Below, piece by piece: positions 8,392-18,558 of a stretch of 32,000 bases of DNA (position 1 is the stretch's first letter; each line of letters starts with the position of its first letter). The stretch lies in NCBI RefSeq assembly GCF_002310835.1, contig NZ_CP011041.1, forward strand, positions 3,000,001 to 3,032,000. The letters are read 5' to 3'. This stretch comes from Pseudoalteromonas tetraodonis. Its GTDB lineage: Bacteria > Pseudomonadota > Gammaproteobacteria > Enterobacterales > Alteromonadaceae. A program made the position numbers and the translations under genes. A model generated the notes under the pieces. That model was not told the DNA's origin. It worked only from the letters and a program-made list of their open reading frames with translations, and did not search any database.

Positions 8392-9978
8392 ATGGATACA
8401 CATCGTCCTATACGTCGCGCACTTTTGAGTGTGTCAGACAAAACCGGTATTGTTGAATTTGCCCGTGCACTAGAAGCACAAGGTGTTGAAATACTTTCAA
8501 CTGGCGGCACGTGTAAACTACTTGCTGACAATGCAATTAAAGTAACTGAAGTATCAGATCACACCGGTCACCCTGAGATCATGGATGGTCGCGTAAAAAC
8601 CCTACATCCAAAAATTCATGGCGGCATTCTTGCTCGTCGTGGCCAAGATGAAGACGTAATGGCAGATAACAATATCTCTGCTATCGACATCGTTGTAGTT
8701 AACTTATACCCCTTTGCGAATACTGTCGCTCAAGAAAACTGCAGCCTTGAAGATGCTATTGAAAACATCGATATTGGTGGCCCAACGATGGTACGTGCGG
8801 CAGCTAAAAATCACAAAGATGTGACGATCGTTGTTAACGCAAGCGACTACGACCGTGTTATTAGCGAAATGCAAAATAACAACGGCTCAACAACCTACAA
8901 AACACGCTTTGACTTAGCTATTGCAGCGTATGAGCATACAGCGCAGTACGATGGCATGATTGCTAACTACTTCGGTAAAATGGTTCCTGATTACACAGAA
9001 GAAGCCGCTATCGATACTAAGTTCCCGCGTACTATTAATATGCAATTCACTAAAAAGCAAGATATGCGCTACGGTGAAAATTCGCATCAAGATGCCGCGT
9101 TTTATGTTGAAAACGACATCACTGAAGCGTCAGTGGCAACAGCCACTCAACTGCAAGGTAAAGCATTATCGTTTAACAATATTGCCGACACCGATGCTGC
9201 ACTTGAGTGTGTAAAAGAATTTGATGTACCTGCGTGCGTAATTGTAAAACACGCTAACCCATGTGGTGTTTCAATTGGTGATAATATCTTAGAAGCGTAC
9301 GATCGCGCCTTTAAAACAGACCCAACGTCAGCATTTGGCGGCATTATTGCTTTTAACCAAGAACTTGATGCTAAGACTGCACAAGCGATTGTTGAACGTC
9401 AATTTGTTGAAGTTATTATTGCACCAAGCGTAAGCCCTGAAGCGGCTCAAATAGTCTCTGCTAAGCAAAACGTTCGCTTATTAGAGTGTGGTGAATTCTC
9501 AGCTAAAGGCACAGGTCACGACATTAAGCGTGTAAATGGCGGTGTACTTATTCAAGACCGTGATTTAGGCATGGTAACGCAAGGCGACTTAACGGTTGTG
9601 TCTAAGCGCCAACCTTCTGAGCAAGAGCTTAAAGATTTATTATTCTGCTGGAAAGTGGCTAAATTTGTTAAATCAAACGCCATTGTTTATGCCCGCGACG
9701 GTATGACTATAGGTGTAGGTGCAGGCCAAATGAGCCGCGTTTACTCAGCTAAAATTGCCGGTATTAAAGCCGCTGATGAAAGCCTTGAAGTAAAAGGCTC
9801 AGTGATGGCATCAGATGCATTCTTCCCATTCCGCGATGGTATTGATGCAGCTGCAGAGGCTGGCATTACTGCTGTTATCCAACCAGGTGGTTCAATGCGC
9901 GATGAAGAAGTGATTGCGGCCGCTGACGAAGCTGGAATGGCAATGGTGTTTACCGGTATGCGCCACTTCCGTCATTAA
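8392..9978 (+). CDS. purH: Bifunctional AICAR transformylase / IMP cyclohydrolase PurH
   Basis: 528 aa. [23 protein letters not shown] matches the E. coli PurH N-terminus, and the C-terminus is [11 protein letters not shown]. The RBS is GAGGA. Confidence 0.97.
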   Translation: MDTHRPIRRALLSVSDKTGIVEFARALEAQGVEILSTGGTCKLLADNAIKVTEVSDHTGHPEIMDGRVKTLHPKIHGGILARRGQDEDVMADNNISAIDIVVVNLYPFANTVAQENCSLEDAIENIDIGGPTMVRAAAKNHKDVTIVVNASDYDRVISEMQNNNGSTTYKTRFDLAIAAYEHTAQYDGMIANYFGKMVPDYTEEAAIDTKFPRTINMQFTKKQDMRYGENSHQDAAFYVENDITEASVATATQLQGKALSFNNIADTDAALECVKEFDVPACVIVKHANPCGVSIGDNILEAYDRAFKTDPTSAFGGIIAFNQELDAKTAQAIVERQFVEVIIAPSVSPEAAQIVSAKQNVRLLECGEFSAKGTGHDIKRVNGGVLIQDRDLGMVTQGDLTVVSKRQPSEQELKDLLFCWKVAKFVKSNAIVYARDGMTIGVGAGQMSRVYSAKIAGIKAADESLEVKGSVMASDAFFPFRDGIDAAAEAGITAVIQPGGSMRDEEVIAAADEAGMAMVFTGMRHFRH

Positions 9979-9984
9979 TCGCAT

Positions 9985-10018
9985 AAAGAGCTAACGGGTT
10001 CAGTTAGCTCTTTTTGTT
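9985..10018 (+). terminator. Rho-independent terminator of purH
   Basis: AAAGAGCTAAC-gggttca-GTTAGCTCTTTTTGTTT. Confidence 0.85.
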
Positions 10019-10087
10019 TGCACCAAATTCACGTATTCTGCTTATTCTATAACCATGACTAACAATTATAATGTGAAGGATTAGACG

Positions 10088-10906
10088 ATGAAATTTGCAC
10101 TAAAATCTCTACTGGTTGCCACACTGTCATTAAGCTCAACAATGGCGTTGGCACATAACCATGGCCACGACTCAGCATTAACAAATGCAGTTAAAGCAAG
10201 CGAGCGTAGCAGTGAGCGCGATCAATACCGCAACCCTGTAGAAACACTCGAATTTTTTGGCTTTAAACCATCTATGACCGTGGTAGAAATTGCCCCAGGT
10301 GGTGGTTGGTACAGTGAAATTTTAGCGCCAGCGCTGAAAGAGCAAGGCACCTATTATGCTGCGCACTTCCCTGCTGATTCATCGGTTGGTTATTACCAAC
10401 GTTCTCTTGCTGGCTTTAAGGCTAAAATCGCTGAAGATGCCCGCTTTAGTCACGTTAAACTCACTGAGTTTGCCCCATCTACACATTTAGATATTGCTCC
10501 TGCGGCTAGCGCCGATATGGTACTGACTTTTCGTAATGTCCATAACTGGTACATGAGCAAAGATAAAGAAGCTGCAAGCAATGCGTTTAAGTCTTTTTAC
10601 AAAGCACTTAAACCAGGCGGCACTTTAGGTGTGGTTGAACACCGCCTACCAGAAGAGCAAGATGATGAGATGCAAAAATCATCAGGTTATATGAAGCAAA
10701 GTGTGGTTATTGCACTTGCTGAACAAGCTGGTTTTGAACTTGAAGCAAAAAGCGATATTAATGCAAACCCTCTTGATACAGCCGATCACCCTAAAGGGGT
10801 ATGGACCCTTCCACCGAGCCTTAGACTTGGCGAGCAAGATGCCGCTAAATATAAAGCCATAGGTGAAAGCGACCGTATGACGCTGAAATTTAAAAAACCG
10901 CTTTAA
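10088..10906 (+). CDS. Exported class I SAM-dependent methyltransferase-like protein (signal peptide)
   Basis: 272 aa. The N-terminus MKFALKSLLVATLSLSSTMALA-HNHGH looks like a Sec signal. VVEIAPGGGWYSEILA resembles methyltransferase motif I, and LKPGGTLGVVEH resembles the post-I/II region. From memory this resembles the 'predicted methyltransferase' family with signal peptides; I did not search. Confidence 0.7.
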   Translation: MKFALKSLLVATLSLSSTMALAHNHGHDSALTNAVKASERSSERDQYRNPVETLEFFGFKPSMTVVEIAPGGGWYSEILAPALKEQGTYYAAHFPADSSVGYYQRSLAGFKAKIAEDARFSHVKLTEFAPSTHLDIAPAASADMVLTFRNVHNWYMSKDKEAASNAFKSFYKALKPGGTLGVVEHRLPEEQDDEMQKSSGYMKQSVVIALAEQAGFELEAKSDINANPLDTADHPKGVWTLPPSLRLGEQDAAKYKAIGESDRMTLKFKKPL

Positions 10907-10920
10907 ATAGGATATTCGCC

Positions 10921-12207
10921 ATGAATGTATTAGTCATTGGCAGCGGCGGCCGCGAACACGCACTTGCGTTTAAGGCCGCTCAAAATACAAAAGTTAACAC
11001 TGTTTATGTTGCTCCAGGTAATGCGGGCACAGCTCTTGAGCCAAAACTTGAGAACGTAGCAATTAACGTTGAAGACCTTGATGGACTGCTAAGCTTTGCA
11101 CAACAAAATAATGTTGAGCTAACCATTGTTGGCCCTGAAGTACCGCTAGTATTAGGGGTTGTTGATAAGTTCCGTGAACACGGCTTAGCTATTTTTGGCC
11201 CAACCGCCGGTGCTGCCCAGCTTGAAGGGTCTAAATCGTTCACTAAAGACTTTTTAGCACGTCATGCTATTCCAACCGCTGATTACCAAACGTTTGAACA
11301 AATCGACCCTGCGCTTGCCTATTTAAAAGAAAAAGGCGCACCGATTGTTATTAAAGCCGATGGTTTAGCGGCTGGTAAAGGCGTGATTGTTGCTATGGAC
11401 GAACGCGAGGCTGAAGAGGCTATTCGCGATATGCTTGCGGGTAATGCCTTTGGTGACGCCGGTAGCCGTGTGGTCATTGAAGAGTTTTTAGAAGGTGAAG
11501 AAGCGTCGTTTATTGTCATGGTTGATGGTAAAAACGTACTGCCGTTTGCAACCAGCCAAGACCATAAACGCGCTTACAATGGCGATCAAGGTCCTAACAC
11601 CGGTGGTATGGGTGCATACTCACCAGCGCCTGTAGTAACCGATGAAATTCATCAGCGCATTATGAACGAAGTGATCTACCCAACGGTAGAAGGTATGGCT
11701 AGCGAAGGCCATCCGTACACTGGCTTTTTATATGCAGGCTTGATGATAGATGAGACAGGTACACCAAAGGTTATTGAATATAACTGTCGTTTTGGCGACC
11801 CTGAAACACAACCTATGATGCTACGCTTACAATCAGACTTAGTTGAACTGATTGAAGCTGCTAACCGTGTAGAGCTTGATAAAACCACCATTGAGTTTGA
11901 TTCACGCGCTGCAGTAGGTGTTGTTTTAGCCGCTAAAGGCTACCCTGATAGTTACCCGAAAGGCGATGCTATTAGTGGCTTGAAAGTAACTTACCCTGAA
12001 GGCGAAAAAGTCTTCCATGCAGGGACTAAGCAAGACGGCGATAGCATAGTGACTGCCGGTGGTCGTGTACTGTGTGCTACTGCACTGGGTAATACAGTTA
12101 CACAAGCGCAGCAGCGTGCCTATAAACTGGTTGATGAAATCAACTGGGATGGCATGGAATACCGTACTGACATTGCTTATCGCGCAATTGCTCGTGAACA
12201 ATCATAA
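10921..12207 (+). CDS. purD: Phosphoribosylamine-glycine ligase PurD
   Basis: 428 aa. MNVLVIGSGGREHALAFKAAQ... is collinear with E. coli PurD and has the ATP-grasp pattern. The RBS AGGA lies 14 nt after the upstream stop codon. Confidence 0.97.
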   Translation: MNVLVIGSGGREHALAFKAAQNTKVNTVYVAPGNAGTALEPKLENVAINVEDLDGLLSFAQQNNVELTIVGPEVPLVLGVVDKFREHGLAIFGPTAGAAQLEGSKSFTKDFLARHAIPTADYQTFEQIDPALAYLKEKGAPIVIKADGLAAGKGVIVAMDEREAEEAIRDMLAGNAFGDAGSRVVIEEFLEGEEASFIVMVDGKNVLPFATSQDHKRAYNGDQGPNTGGMGAYSPAPVVTDEIHQRIMNEVIYPTVEGMASEGHPYTGFLYAGLMIDETGTPKVIEYNCRFGDPETQPMMLRLQSDLVELIEAANRVELDKTTIEFDSRAAVGVVLAAKGYPDSYPKGDAISGLKVTYPEGEKVFHAGTKQDGDSIVTAGGRVLCATALGNTVTQAQQRAYKLVDEINWDGMEYRTDIAYRAIAREQS

Positions 12208-12236
12208 CGATTGATAACTAACGAGTAAATTTTATA

Positions 12237-12261
12237 AAAGCGCAGATTATCTGCGCTTTTT
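12237..12261 (+). terminator. Rho-independent terminator of purD
   Basis: AAAAGCGCAGA-tta-TCTGCGCTTTTT. Confidence 0.9.
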
Positions 12262-12302
12262 ACTGCTACACTATAAAAAAGTAATCTGGACATAGATTAA
12301 TA

Positions 12303-14843
12303 TTGGAATTTAAAACCTTGCGCTACCATGCGGTAGCAGTTGTAATACTTATTTTTATCTTTTTTATTATCAGCACATTGGCAACAAACTTTGTGATGCC
12401 ATCACGCTATACCATAGATAAAATAACCCCTGTTTACCTCGATCATGCGTATTACATAGACAAAAGCAAAACACAAAGTTTTGAAGAAGTAATGACCAAG
12501 CAGGCGCTATTTACACAGCAAGAATTTAACGATATACCTTGGAGCTTTGAACAGCAAAATTATTGGTTACGCCTCGATTTAGAAAACAAAAGCAGCCAAC
12601 AAGAAGATGTGGTTGCCCACTTTGATAACCCGATGGTAGATCATCTCACCATATATCGGCTCAATAGTAACAACCAACTACTCGACACTTATAAGCTTGG
12701 CGATAAAGAGCCACGTCTTACTTTATTTAAGTACAGCGTGCCCCACATTCGCTTTAACCTCGATGGCCAATCTACACAACGACTAATTATAAAAATAGAT
12801 ACTGTGGGGATCAGTAAAACTCCAATTCACTTATATCGCCATAATGTATTTGTTGACTTAGTTCGCTCACAAACAGGCATTTGGGGAATTTTCGCGGGTG
12901 TCTTATTAATGGCCTCACTATATAACCTATTACTCTATTTTGGCATTAAAGACCGCGTGTACTTAGTTTATATTGGCTACATTATTAGTGCTATAGCATT
13001 AATGGGCACCGTTCTGGGGTTTAGTTTTTATTTATGGCCGCTAGAATGGCAGTTGTTTATTCACGAAAAAATAATTGTCGTTAATTACACTATTGCGTTT
13101 TTCACTCTCGCTTTTTGCACCATGTTTTTGCGATATCATAAAGACCGTTGCTGGCGTTATAAATTAAGTGTTGGTTTACTCTGGCTAATGCTAGTGCTCG
13201 GTACATTAAGCTTTTTTATTCCCGAAAATATAGCTGCCCCCATATTTTTTGTAATTTTGGGATTACTTTATATCGTCTGCTTTATTTTAATTTATAACAA
13301 ATTAAAAAGTGGCTTTAGATGGGCTAAGTTTTACGTATTTTCATGGGTGCCATTGATTATTGGTGCAGCCATTCAGCCTTTAGAGCTTACAGGCGTTATC
13401 ACTTATAGCTTTTCAATACGTCATGCTTTTTTAATGGCCATCTTATGTGAAATTGTCCTCATGGCCATGGCACTTGCCGATCGGGTTCGTTATCAGCGTG
13501 AGCGCGCTTTATATCATGCCACGCATACCCAGCAAACAAAACTGCTCAATAGCGCAAAGTTAAAGTATGCCTTTATGGCACTCAAAGCCCAGCAACGTTC
13601 CACCACTTTATGTTTGGTTAAAATACGTCATTTTAATTCGCTAAATACCATTATTACGCCCTCCCAAGGATATGAATTAATTAAGCATGTTGCGCACGAA
13701 TTAGAATGCCAATTGAGCTTTGAGAGAGAATTTTTTAACTTAAGTAATGGCATTAATCAACCCGCTAAAATTGCTGATTTAGGTAGCGGTGTTTTTGCCT
13801 GTATCTCGACTAAAAACCAAAGCCCACACACGCTCGAAGAGTTATTAAAAAGGGTAGTAAATAAGTTACCAAAAACCTATCAAATCAAAGGGCTAGACTT
13901 ACAACTCAATTACAGCGTGGGGATTAGTGCCTTTGGTAAACGTGATGACTTTGAATTTTGGTTGAAACGAGGCTACTTGGCATTACATAACGCTAAACAT
14001 AGTCTAAGTAAGGTAAGCTCATCATCTGCGGACAGCAGTTTAGCTATGGACGTTGCGCTTGCTGCTAAGCTTCAACAAGCGATAAGAACGGATCAGCTCG
14101 CTCTGTTTTATCAACCACAAATTAGTTTAAAAGATAACAGTGTCAATGGTGCCGAAGCTCTACTACGCTGGCCTAATACTGAGTTTAAAAACATTTCCAT
14201 AGAAAAACTAATTCTACTTGCCGAACACACCGGTATTATTAATGAATTAACACTTTGGGTGATAGAGCAAGCCTGCAAAGACATTGCAAAACTGGCAAAT
14301 GAGGGCATAACTGAACATAGTATTAGCGTTAATTTAAGTGCAAAAAACCTAGCCATTGCCAATTTAACCGAAAAAGTAGAAAACCTTTTAATAAAGTATC
14401 AGGTTGCCCCTCATTTATTGAAGTTTGAGCTGACTGAATCAGCGTTTGTCGAAAATCAAGATGCGTTAGTCACCTTAGTTGGTGAACTTGCCACACTGGG
14501 CGTTAAGGTGGTGTTAGACGATTTTGGTACTGGTTATTCATCACTTAGCTACTTAGTTAACTATCACTTTAGTGAACTTAAAGTAGATAAGTCGTTTGTG
14601 TTTGATTTAACCGATAACCGGGCTCATCAGGTCATTGTGCAAACAGCCATAGATATGGCACATAACTTGGGCCTTACTATCACGATTGAGGGAGTAGAAA
14701 CTCAAGAAGTTCACCAGCTGCTCAACACCATGAAAGCTGACCGTACCCAAGGCTATTTGTACGCAAAAGCACTCTCTTATGATAATTATTTAGACTTCTT
14801 GAACAGCCAATACCGCCTAAAAATGTTAAGCTCCCCTTTTTAA
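12303..14843 (+). CDS. 7TMR-DISM-type membrane receptor with a degenerate GGDEF domain and an intact EAL domain (probable c-di-GMP phosphodiesterase)
   Basis: 846 aa. It has an N-terminal signal-anchor, a ~170-aa extracytoplasmic domain and about 7 predicted TM helices (residues ~190-390). The GGDEF position reads LGSGVFACI. The EAL signature residues are present: EALLRW, SVNLS, ELTES, DDFGTGYSSLSYL, KVDKSF, EGVET, QGYLYAK. The start is TTG (12303) or TTG 12318; there is no in-frame ATG before the first TM helix. Confidence 0.85.
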   Translation: MEFKTLRYHAVAVVILIFIFFIISTLATNFVMPSRYTIDKITPVYLDHAYYIDKSKTQSFEEVMTKQALFTQQEFNDIPWSFEQQNYWLRLDLENKSSQQEDVVAHFDNPMVDHLTIYRLNSNNQLLDTYKLGDKEPRLTLFKYSVPHIRFNLDGQSTQRLIIKIDTVGISKTPIHLYRHNVFVDLVRSQTGIWGIFAGVLLMASLYNLLLYFGIKDRVYLVYIGYIISAIALMGTVLGFSFYLWPLEWQLFIHEKIIVVNYTIAFFTLAFCTMFLRYHKDRCWRYKLSVGLLWLMLVLGTLSFFIPENIAAPIFFVILGLLYIVCFILIYNKLKSGFRWAKFYVFSWVPLIIGAAIQPLELTGVITYSFSIRHAFLMAILCEIVLMAMALADRVRYQRERALYHATHTQQTKLLNSAKLKYAFMALKAQQRSTTLCLVKIRHFNSLNTIITPSQGYELIKHVAHELECQLSFEREFFNLSNGINQPAKIADLGSGVFACISTKNQSPHTLEELLKRVVNKLPKTYQIKGLDLQLNYSVGISAFGKRDDFEFWLKRGYLALHNAKHSLSKVSSSSADSSLAMDVALAAKLQQAIRTDQLALFYQPQISLKDNSVNGAEALLRWPNTEFKNISIEKLILLAEHTGIINELTLWVIEQACKDIAKLANEGITEHSISVNLSAKNLAIANLTEKVENLLIKYQVAPHLLKFELTESAFVENQDALVTLVGELATLGVKVVLDDFGTGYSSLSYLVNYHFSELKVDKSFVFDLTDNRAHQVIVQTAIDMAHNLGLTITIEGVETQEVHQLLNTMKADRTQGYLYAKALSYDNYLDFLNSQYRLKMLSSPF

Positions 14844-14864
14844 CATCTTTGGGGCCAAGTAAAG

Positions 14865-15680
14865 ATGCAAGGTACACTGCGTAAATTAAAGTCGAGCTTA
14901 ACAGAACCCGTTCAATATCATTTACCTGTAGGTGATGAACTGGTTGATTTAAATGCTTTAATAGGTAAACAATTGACTCTCACTTTTAGTGGCACAATTT
15001 TGTGTTCTAACTGTGGTAAAAAAACAAAAAAAAGCTATTCTCAAGGGCATTGCTTTGTATGTATGCGCAAGCTTGCAAATTGCGACATGTGTATCATGAA
15101 ACCTGAAACCTGCCATTACGATCAAGGCACCTGCCGCGAGCCACAGTGGGGTGAAGAAAACTGCATGATCCCGCATTATGTGTATCTAGCTAATACATCA
15201 GGGTTAAAAGTAGGCATTACTCGCCACACCCAAATACCTACCCGTTGGATTGACCAAGGGGCAACCCAAGCATTACCTATTTTTAAAGTACAAACTCGTT
15301 TACAGTCGGGCTTAGTGGAAGTGGCGCTCGCGCAGTTTATTGCTGATAAAACCAATTGGCGCAATATGCTCAAAGGACAAAACGACGTTCTTGATTTAAA
15401 AGCAGCGGCTGCTGAACTTATTCCACAAATTAGCGAAAAACTAACCGAGCTGAGTGAGTTATTTGGCGCAACCGCTATTGAACAGCTTGACCAAGACGTT
15501 GTGAATCTTGATTTTCCTGTAAGCGAATACCCAAGCAAAATCAGCTCATTTAACTTCGATAAAAACCCCGTTGTTAGCGGTATTTTACAAGGTATAAAAG
15601 GTCAGTACTTAATTTTTGATAGCGGCGTTATTAATATTCGTAAGTTCACCTCTTATGAAGTGAGTGTAGACTCAGAATAA
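14865..15680 (+). CDS. DUF2797-like Cys-rich (zinc-ribbon) protein of unknown function
   Basis: 271 aa. The Cys cluster is CSNCGKKTKKSYSQGHCFVCMRKLANCDMCIMKPETCHYDQGTCREPQWGEENC, followed by HYVYLANTSGLKVGITR. The family assignment is from memory. The gene starts 21 nt after the upstream stop codon, so co-transcription is likely. Confidence 0.75.
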   Translation: MQGTLRKLKSSLTEPVQYHLPVGDELVDLNALIGKQLTLTFSGTILCSNCGKKTKKSYSQGHCFVCMRKLANCDMCIMKPETCHYDQGTCREPQWGEENCMIPHYVYLANTSGLKVGITRHTQIPTRWIDQGATQALPIFKVQTRLQSGLVEVALAQFIADKTNWRNMLKGQNDVLDLKAAAAELIPQISEKLTELSELFGATAIEQLDQDVVNLDFPVSEYPSKISSFNFDKNPVVSGILQGIKGQYLIFDSGVINIRKFTSYEVSVDSE

Positions 15681-18181
15681 CCTTTTGCTGCTTGGTTATA
15701 AAATGCTATCCACTGCTGCTGCGTTAATGGATGGCAATAATAATAGCCCTGAATAACATTGCAGCCTATTTCGACTAAGTGTGCCTCTTGCGAGGCATGC
15801 TCAACGCCCTCAGCAACCACATCCAATCCTAAACTTGTCGCCATGGCTATAATGGCCGCCACAATTTGGCTATTGCCATACTCATCAGGAATCTTAGCAA
15901 TAAAGCTCGCATCAATTTTTAATGTATTAAACGGTAATTTGGTTAAATAACTGAGTGCAGAATACCCCGTACCAAAATCATCCAGCGCAATATGCACGCC
16001 CAGCGCTTTGAGCTGTTGTAGTTGCTCTTTTGCCTGTGAAAACGAGCTAATAAAGCTGCTTTCGGTCAGCTCAATTTCAAGTAAGCTGCCAGGTAATTGG
16101 TAACGAGTAAGCATCGCTTTAATATTATCAGCCAACTTACCTTGGCTTAAATGACACGCAGAGACATTAATCGCTAAACGTCCGGCATCAATCCCCTGCG
16201 CTTGCCAAAGGGTTAACTCTTTACCTGCTTGGTTTATAACCCATAAATCTAAACGCACCACTAAACCTAGCTCTTCAGCAAGCGGAATAAACTGCGCTGG
16301 TGAAATAGTGCCTAAATCAGGGTCATGCCAACGCAGTAGTGCTTCAGCTCCCATAATCACCCCTGTTTTTAAACATTGCTTAGGCTGAAAATAAAGCTCA
16401 AACTCATCATTTTCGAGTGCATGCTGAAAGCGGCTCATCATCGCTAAGCGCTCAAGGGAGCGGGCATTCATTGAGGGTTGAAACAACTGAAACGAATTGC
16501 GACCGACATCTTTTGAGCGGTACATGGCAATATCAGCATGCTTTAATAATGTTTCACTGTCTAAGCCATCATCAGGGTAAACAGCCGCCCCTATAGACGC
16601 GGTAACACCAACCTCAAAGCCTTCAAGCTTAAACGGTGTATTTAAGTGATTTAAAATACTCTCAGCAAGGGTGATAGCACCTTCTACATTGTTTATTTCG
16701 CACAATACAATAAACTCATCGCCCCCTAATCGCGCCAGCGTATCTCCCTCATTGAGGGTGTTAATAATGCGCTCAGAGACTAATTTTAATAAGGTATCAC
16801 CGGCATTATGGCCTAAGCTGTCATTCACCTCTTTAAAACGATCAAGGTCAATAAACATTACCGCTAGCATCTGTTTATCTCTGTGCGCTGAGGCCAGTGC
16901 CATAGAAAGTCTATCGTTAAATAAACGCCGGTTAGGTAAGCCAGTTAGCTCATCAAAATACGCTAACTGCACCACTTTTTCTTCTGCGCTTTTTCGCTCA
17001 GTTATGTCACTAAAAATAGCGGCGTAAATCACCTCACTATGACTTGGCTCTTTTATTTCTATAATACTGAGCCACTCAATATAAATATCGCCAGATTTTT
17101 TACGATTATGAATTTCCCCCTGCCATACCCCTGTTTTGGCAAGCGAATCCCACATTTTTATATAAAAATTTTTATCATGACGCCCTGAACTCAACATATT
17201 GGGTCGCTTACCTATCACCTCATATTCTTTGTAACCGGTTAGATGAGTAAATGCAGGGTTTACTTGCATAATCACTCCATTCGAGTCGGTGATCATGATG
17301 CCATCTAGGGAGGAGTCGATAATTTTATTGGCTAAAAATAAGTTACGCTGCGAATGCTGCAATGCAATATCACGCTGCTGAAGTACTTTTTCAAGCTCAC
17401 AACAATAAGCCGTTTCAATTTCATTAATTAAGTTTTCAAGCGATAATACACCGTTAATTTGATTATTTTCGCTTACTACTAAATGTCGAATGTTACTTTC
17501 AGACATCAACCTGTAAGCATCAAAAAGGCTGTCTTGGGGGCTTATCTGATAAAGGGGGCGGCTAGCTAAATCCCAACAAACAAGATGATTGTGCTGCTCG
17601 GTGATGAGCTTTAGTAAGTCGCGCTGGGTAATAATGCCATGAACATTTTCATCCTCATTAAACACCAAAATCACTTTCTCTGCATATTCACGCATCATGC
17701 TCACCGCGTCATTGATTGCCAATGAACTTGGTACTATCCGTATGTTTTTATTATATTGATCATTAATAGGTCTAAATTGTAAGTAATGCTCTAGCCCTTG
17801 ATTGTTTACAATATCTGTAATGCTGATCACGCCGCTGGGAATGTCATTTGTATCAGTGACTAACAAATGCCTTACACCCTGCTTATTAAACACCATGGCC
17901 GTCTCGGTTAATAATTGTTGGCTGGGCACACTTAGTACAGGGCTCGACATAACGCTTTCAATCGCTAACTGCCTAAGTGAGCGATTAGAAAAGTTAAGTG
18001 TTAAACAATCGGTTTCAGTCCATACGCCTATTATTTGTTGCTGTTGTTTTACAAAAATAGCGCTAACATTGTGCGCTCGCATTAGTTTCACCGCTTCAAT
18101 TAAAGGGGTATCCTTAGCGCAGGCGATCACCTTATTGGTAAAAACATCGCATACTTTTTGATAGCGGCTAGTGTGAGGCAT
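15653..18181 (-). CDS. CBS(x4)-PAS-GGDEF-EAL signalling protein (bifunctional c-di-GMP turnover candidate)
   Basis: The protein has four CBS-like repeats at the N-terminus and a PAS domain (IIDSSLDGIMITDSNGVIMQVNPAFTHLTGY). The GGDEF is intact (RLGGDEFIVL) with no RxxD I-site immediately upstream. The EAL is intact (EALLRW, ELTES, DDFGTGYSALSYL, KIDASF, EGVEH, QGYYY). I chose the ATG at 18181 (MPHTSRY); the ORF-track TTG at 18196 adds 5 codons. Confidence 0.9.
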   Translation of the reverse strand: MPHTSRYQKVCDVFTNKVIACAKDTPLIEAVKLMRAHNVSAIFVKQQQQIIGVWTETDCLTLNFSNRSLRQLAIESVMSSPVLSVPSQQLLTETAMVFNKQGVRHLLVTDTNDIPSGVISITDIVNNQGLEHYLQFRPINDQYNKNIRIVPSSLAINDAVSMMREYAEKVILVFNEDENVHGIITQRDLLKLITEQHNHLVCWDLASRPLYQISPQDSLFDAYRLMSESNIRHLVVSENNQINGVLSLENLINEIETAYCCELEKVLQQRDIALQHSQRNLFLANKIIDSSLDGIMITDSNGVIMQVNPAFTHLTGYKEYEVIGKRPNMLSSGRHDKNFYIKMWDSLAKTGVWQGEIHNRKKSGDIYIEWLSIIEIKEPSHSEVIYAAIFSDITERKSAEEKVVQLAYFDELTGLPNRRLFNDRLSMALASAHRDKQMLAVMFIDLDRFKEVNDSLGHNAGDTLLKLVSERIINTLNEGDTLARLGGDEFIVLCEINNVEGAITLAESILNHLNTPFKLEGFEVGVTASIGAAVYPDDGLDSETLLKHADIAMYRSKDVGRNSFQLFQPSMNARSLERLAMMSRFQHALENDEFELYFQPKQCLKTGVIMGAEALLRWHDPDLGTISPAQFIPLAEELGLVVRLDLWVINQAGKELTLWQAQGIDAGRLAINVSACHLSQGKLADNIKAMLTRYQLPGSLLEIELTESSFISSFSQAKEQLQQLKALGVHIALDDFGTGYSALSYLTKLPFNTLKIDASFIAKIPDEYGNSQIVAAIIAMATSLGLDVVAEGVEHASQEAHLVEIGCNVIQGYYYCHPLTQQQWIAFYNQAAKGYSESTLTS

Positions 18182-18258
18182 TGCTTCTACTTCCAAAATT
18201 AAACCAATTAATGATTATAAATTATTCAGTAAAAAAACAATTTGATTTAGGACAATAG

Positions 18259-18558
18259 ATGAGCATCAGTTACCCACAAATTATTATTTATAATAATGAA
18301 ATTGAGCTAATGGAGCACGCCAATGATTTACACGACTTTATTTACACTATGGAAGCAAGTGAACAGCAAAAAGTCATTATTTTAGATAAGGTTAGTGGCT
18401 ATCAAAGCTTAAGCGGGCATTCGCTCACGGCGCTCAGTGCAAGCCAATTAGCAGAGCTAGTAAAAGAATATTTAGCAAAAGAAGGGCAATGCTGCTTAAG
18501 TAAAATAGAGCAGCTCACACCAAGCCAAGCGTTTGCGTTACTCGCCGAAATCAACTAA
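18259..18558 (+). CDS. Hypothetical small protein (99 aa)
   Basis: An intact ORF, divergent from the CBS-GGDEF-EAL gene, with no motif I recognise. Coding status rests on ORF length and position only. Confidence 0.5.
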   Translation: MSISYPQIIIYNNEIELMEHANDLHDFIYTMEASEQQKVIILDKVSGYQSLSGHSLTALSASQLAELVKEYLAKEGQCCLSKIEQLTPSQAFALLAEIN

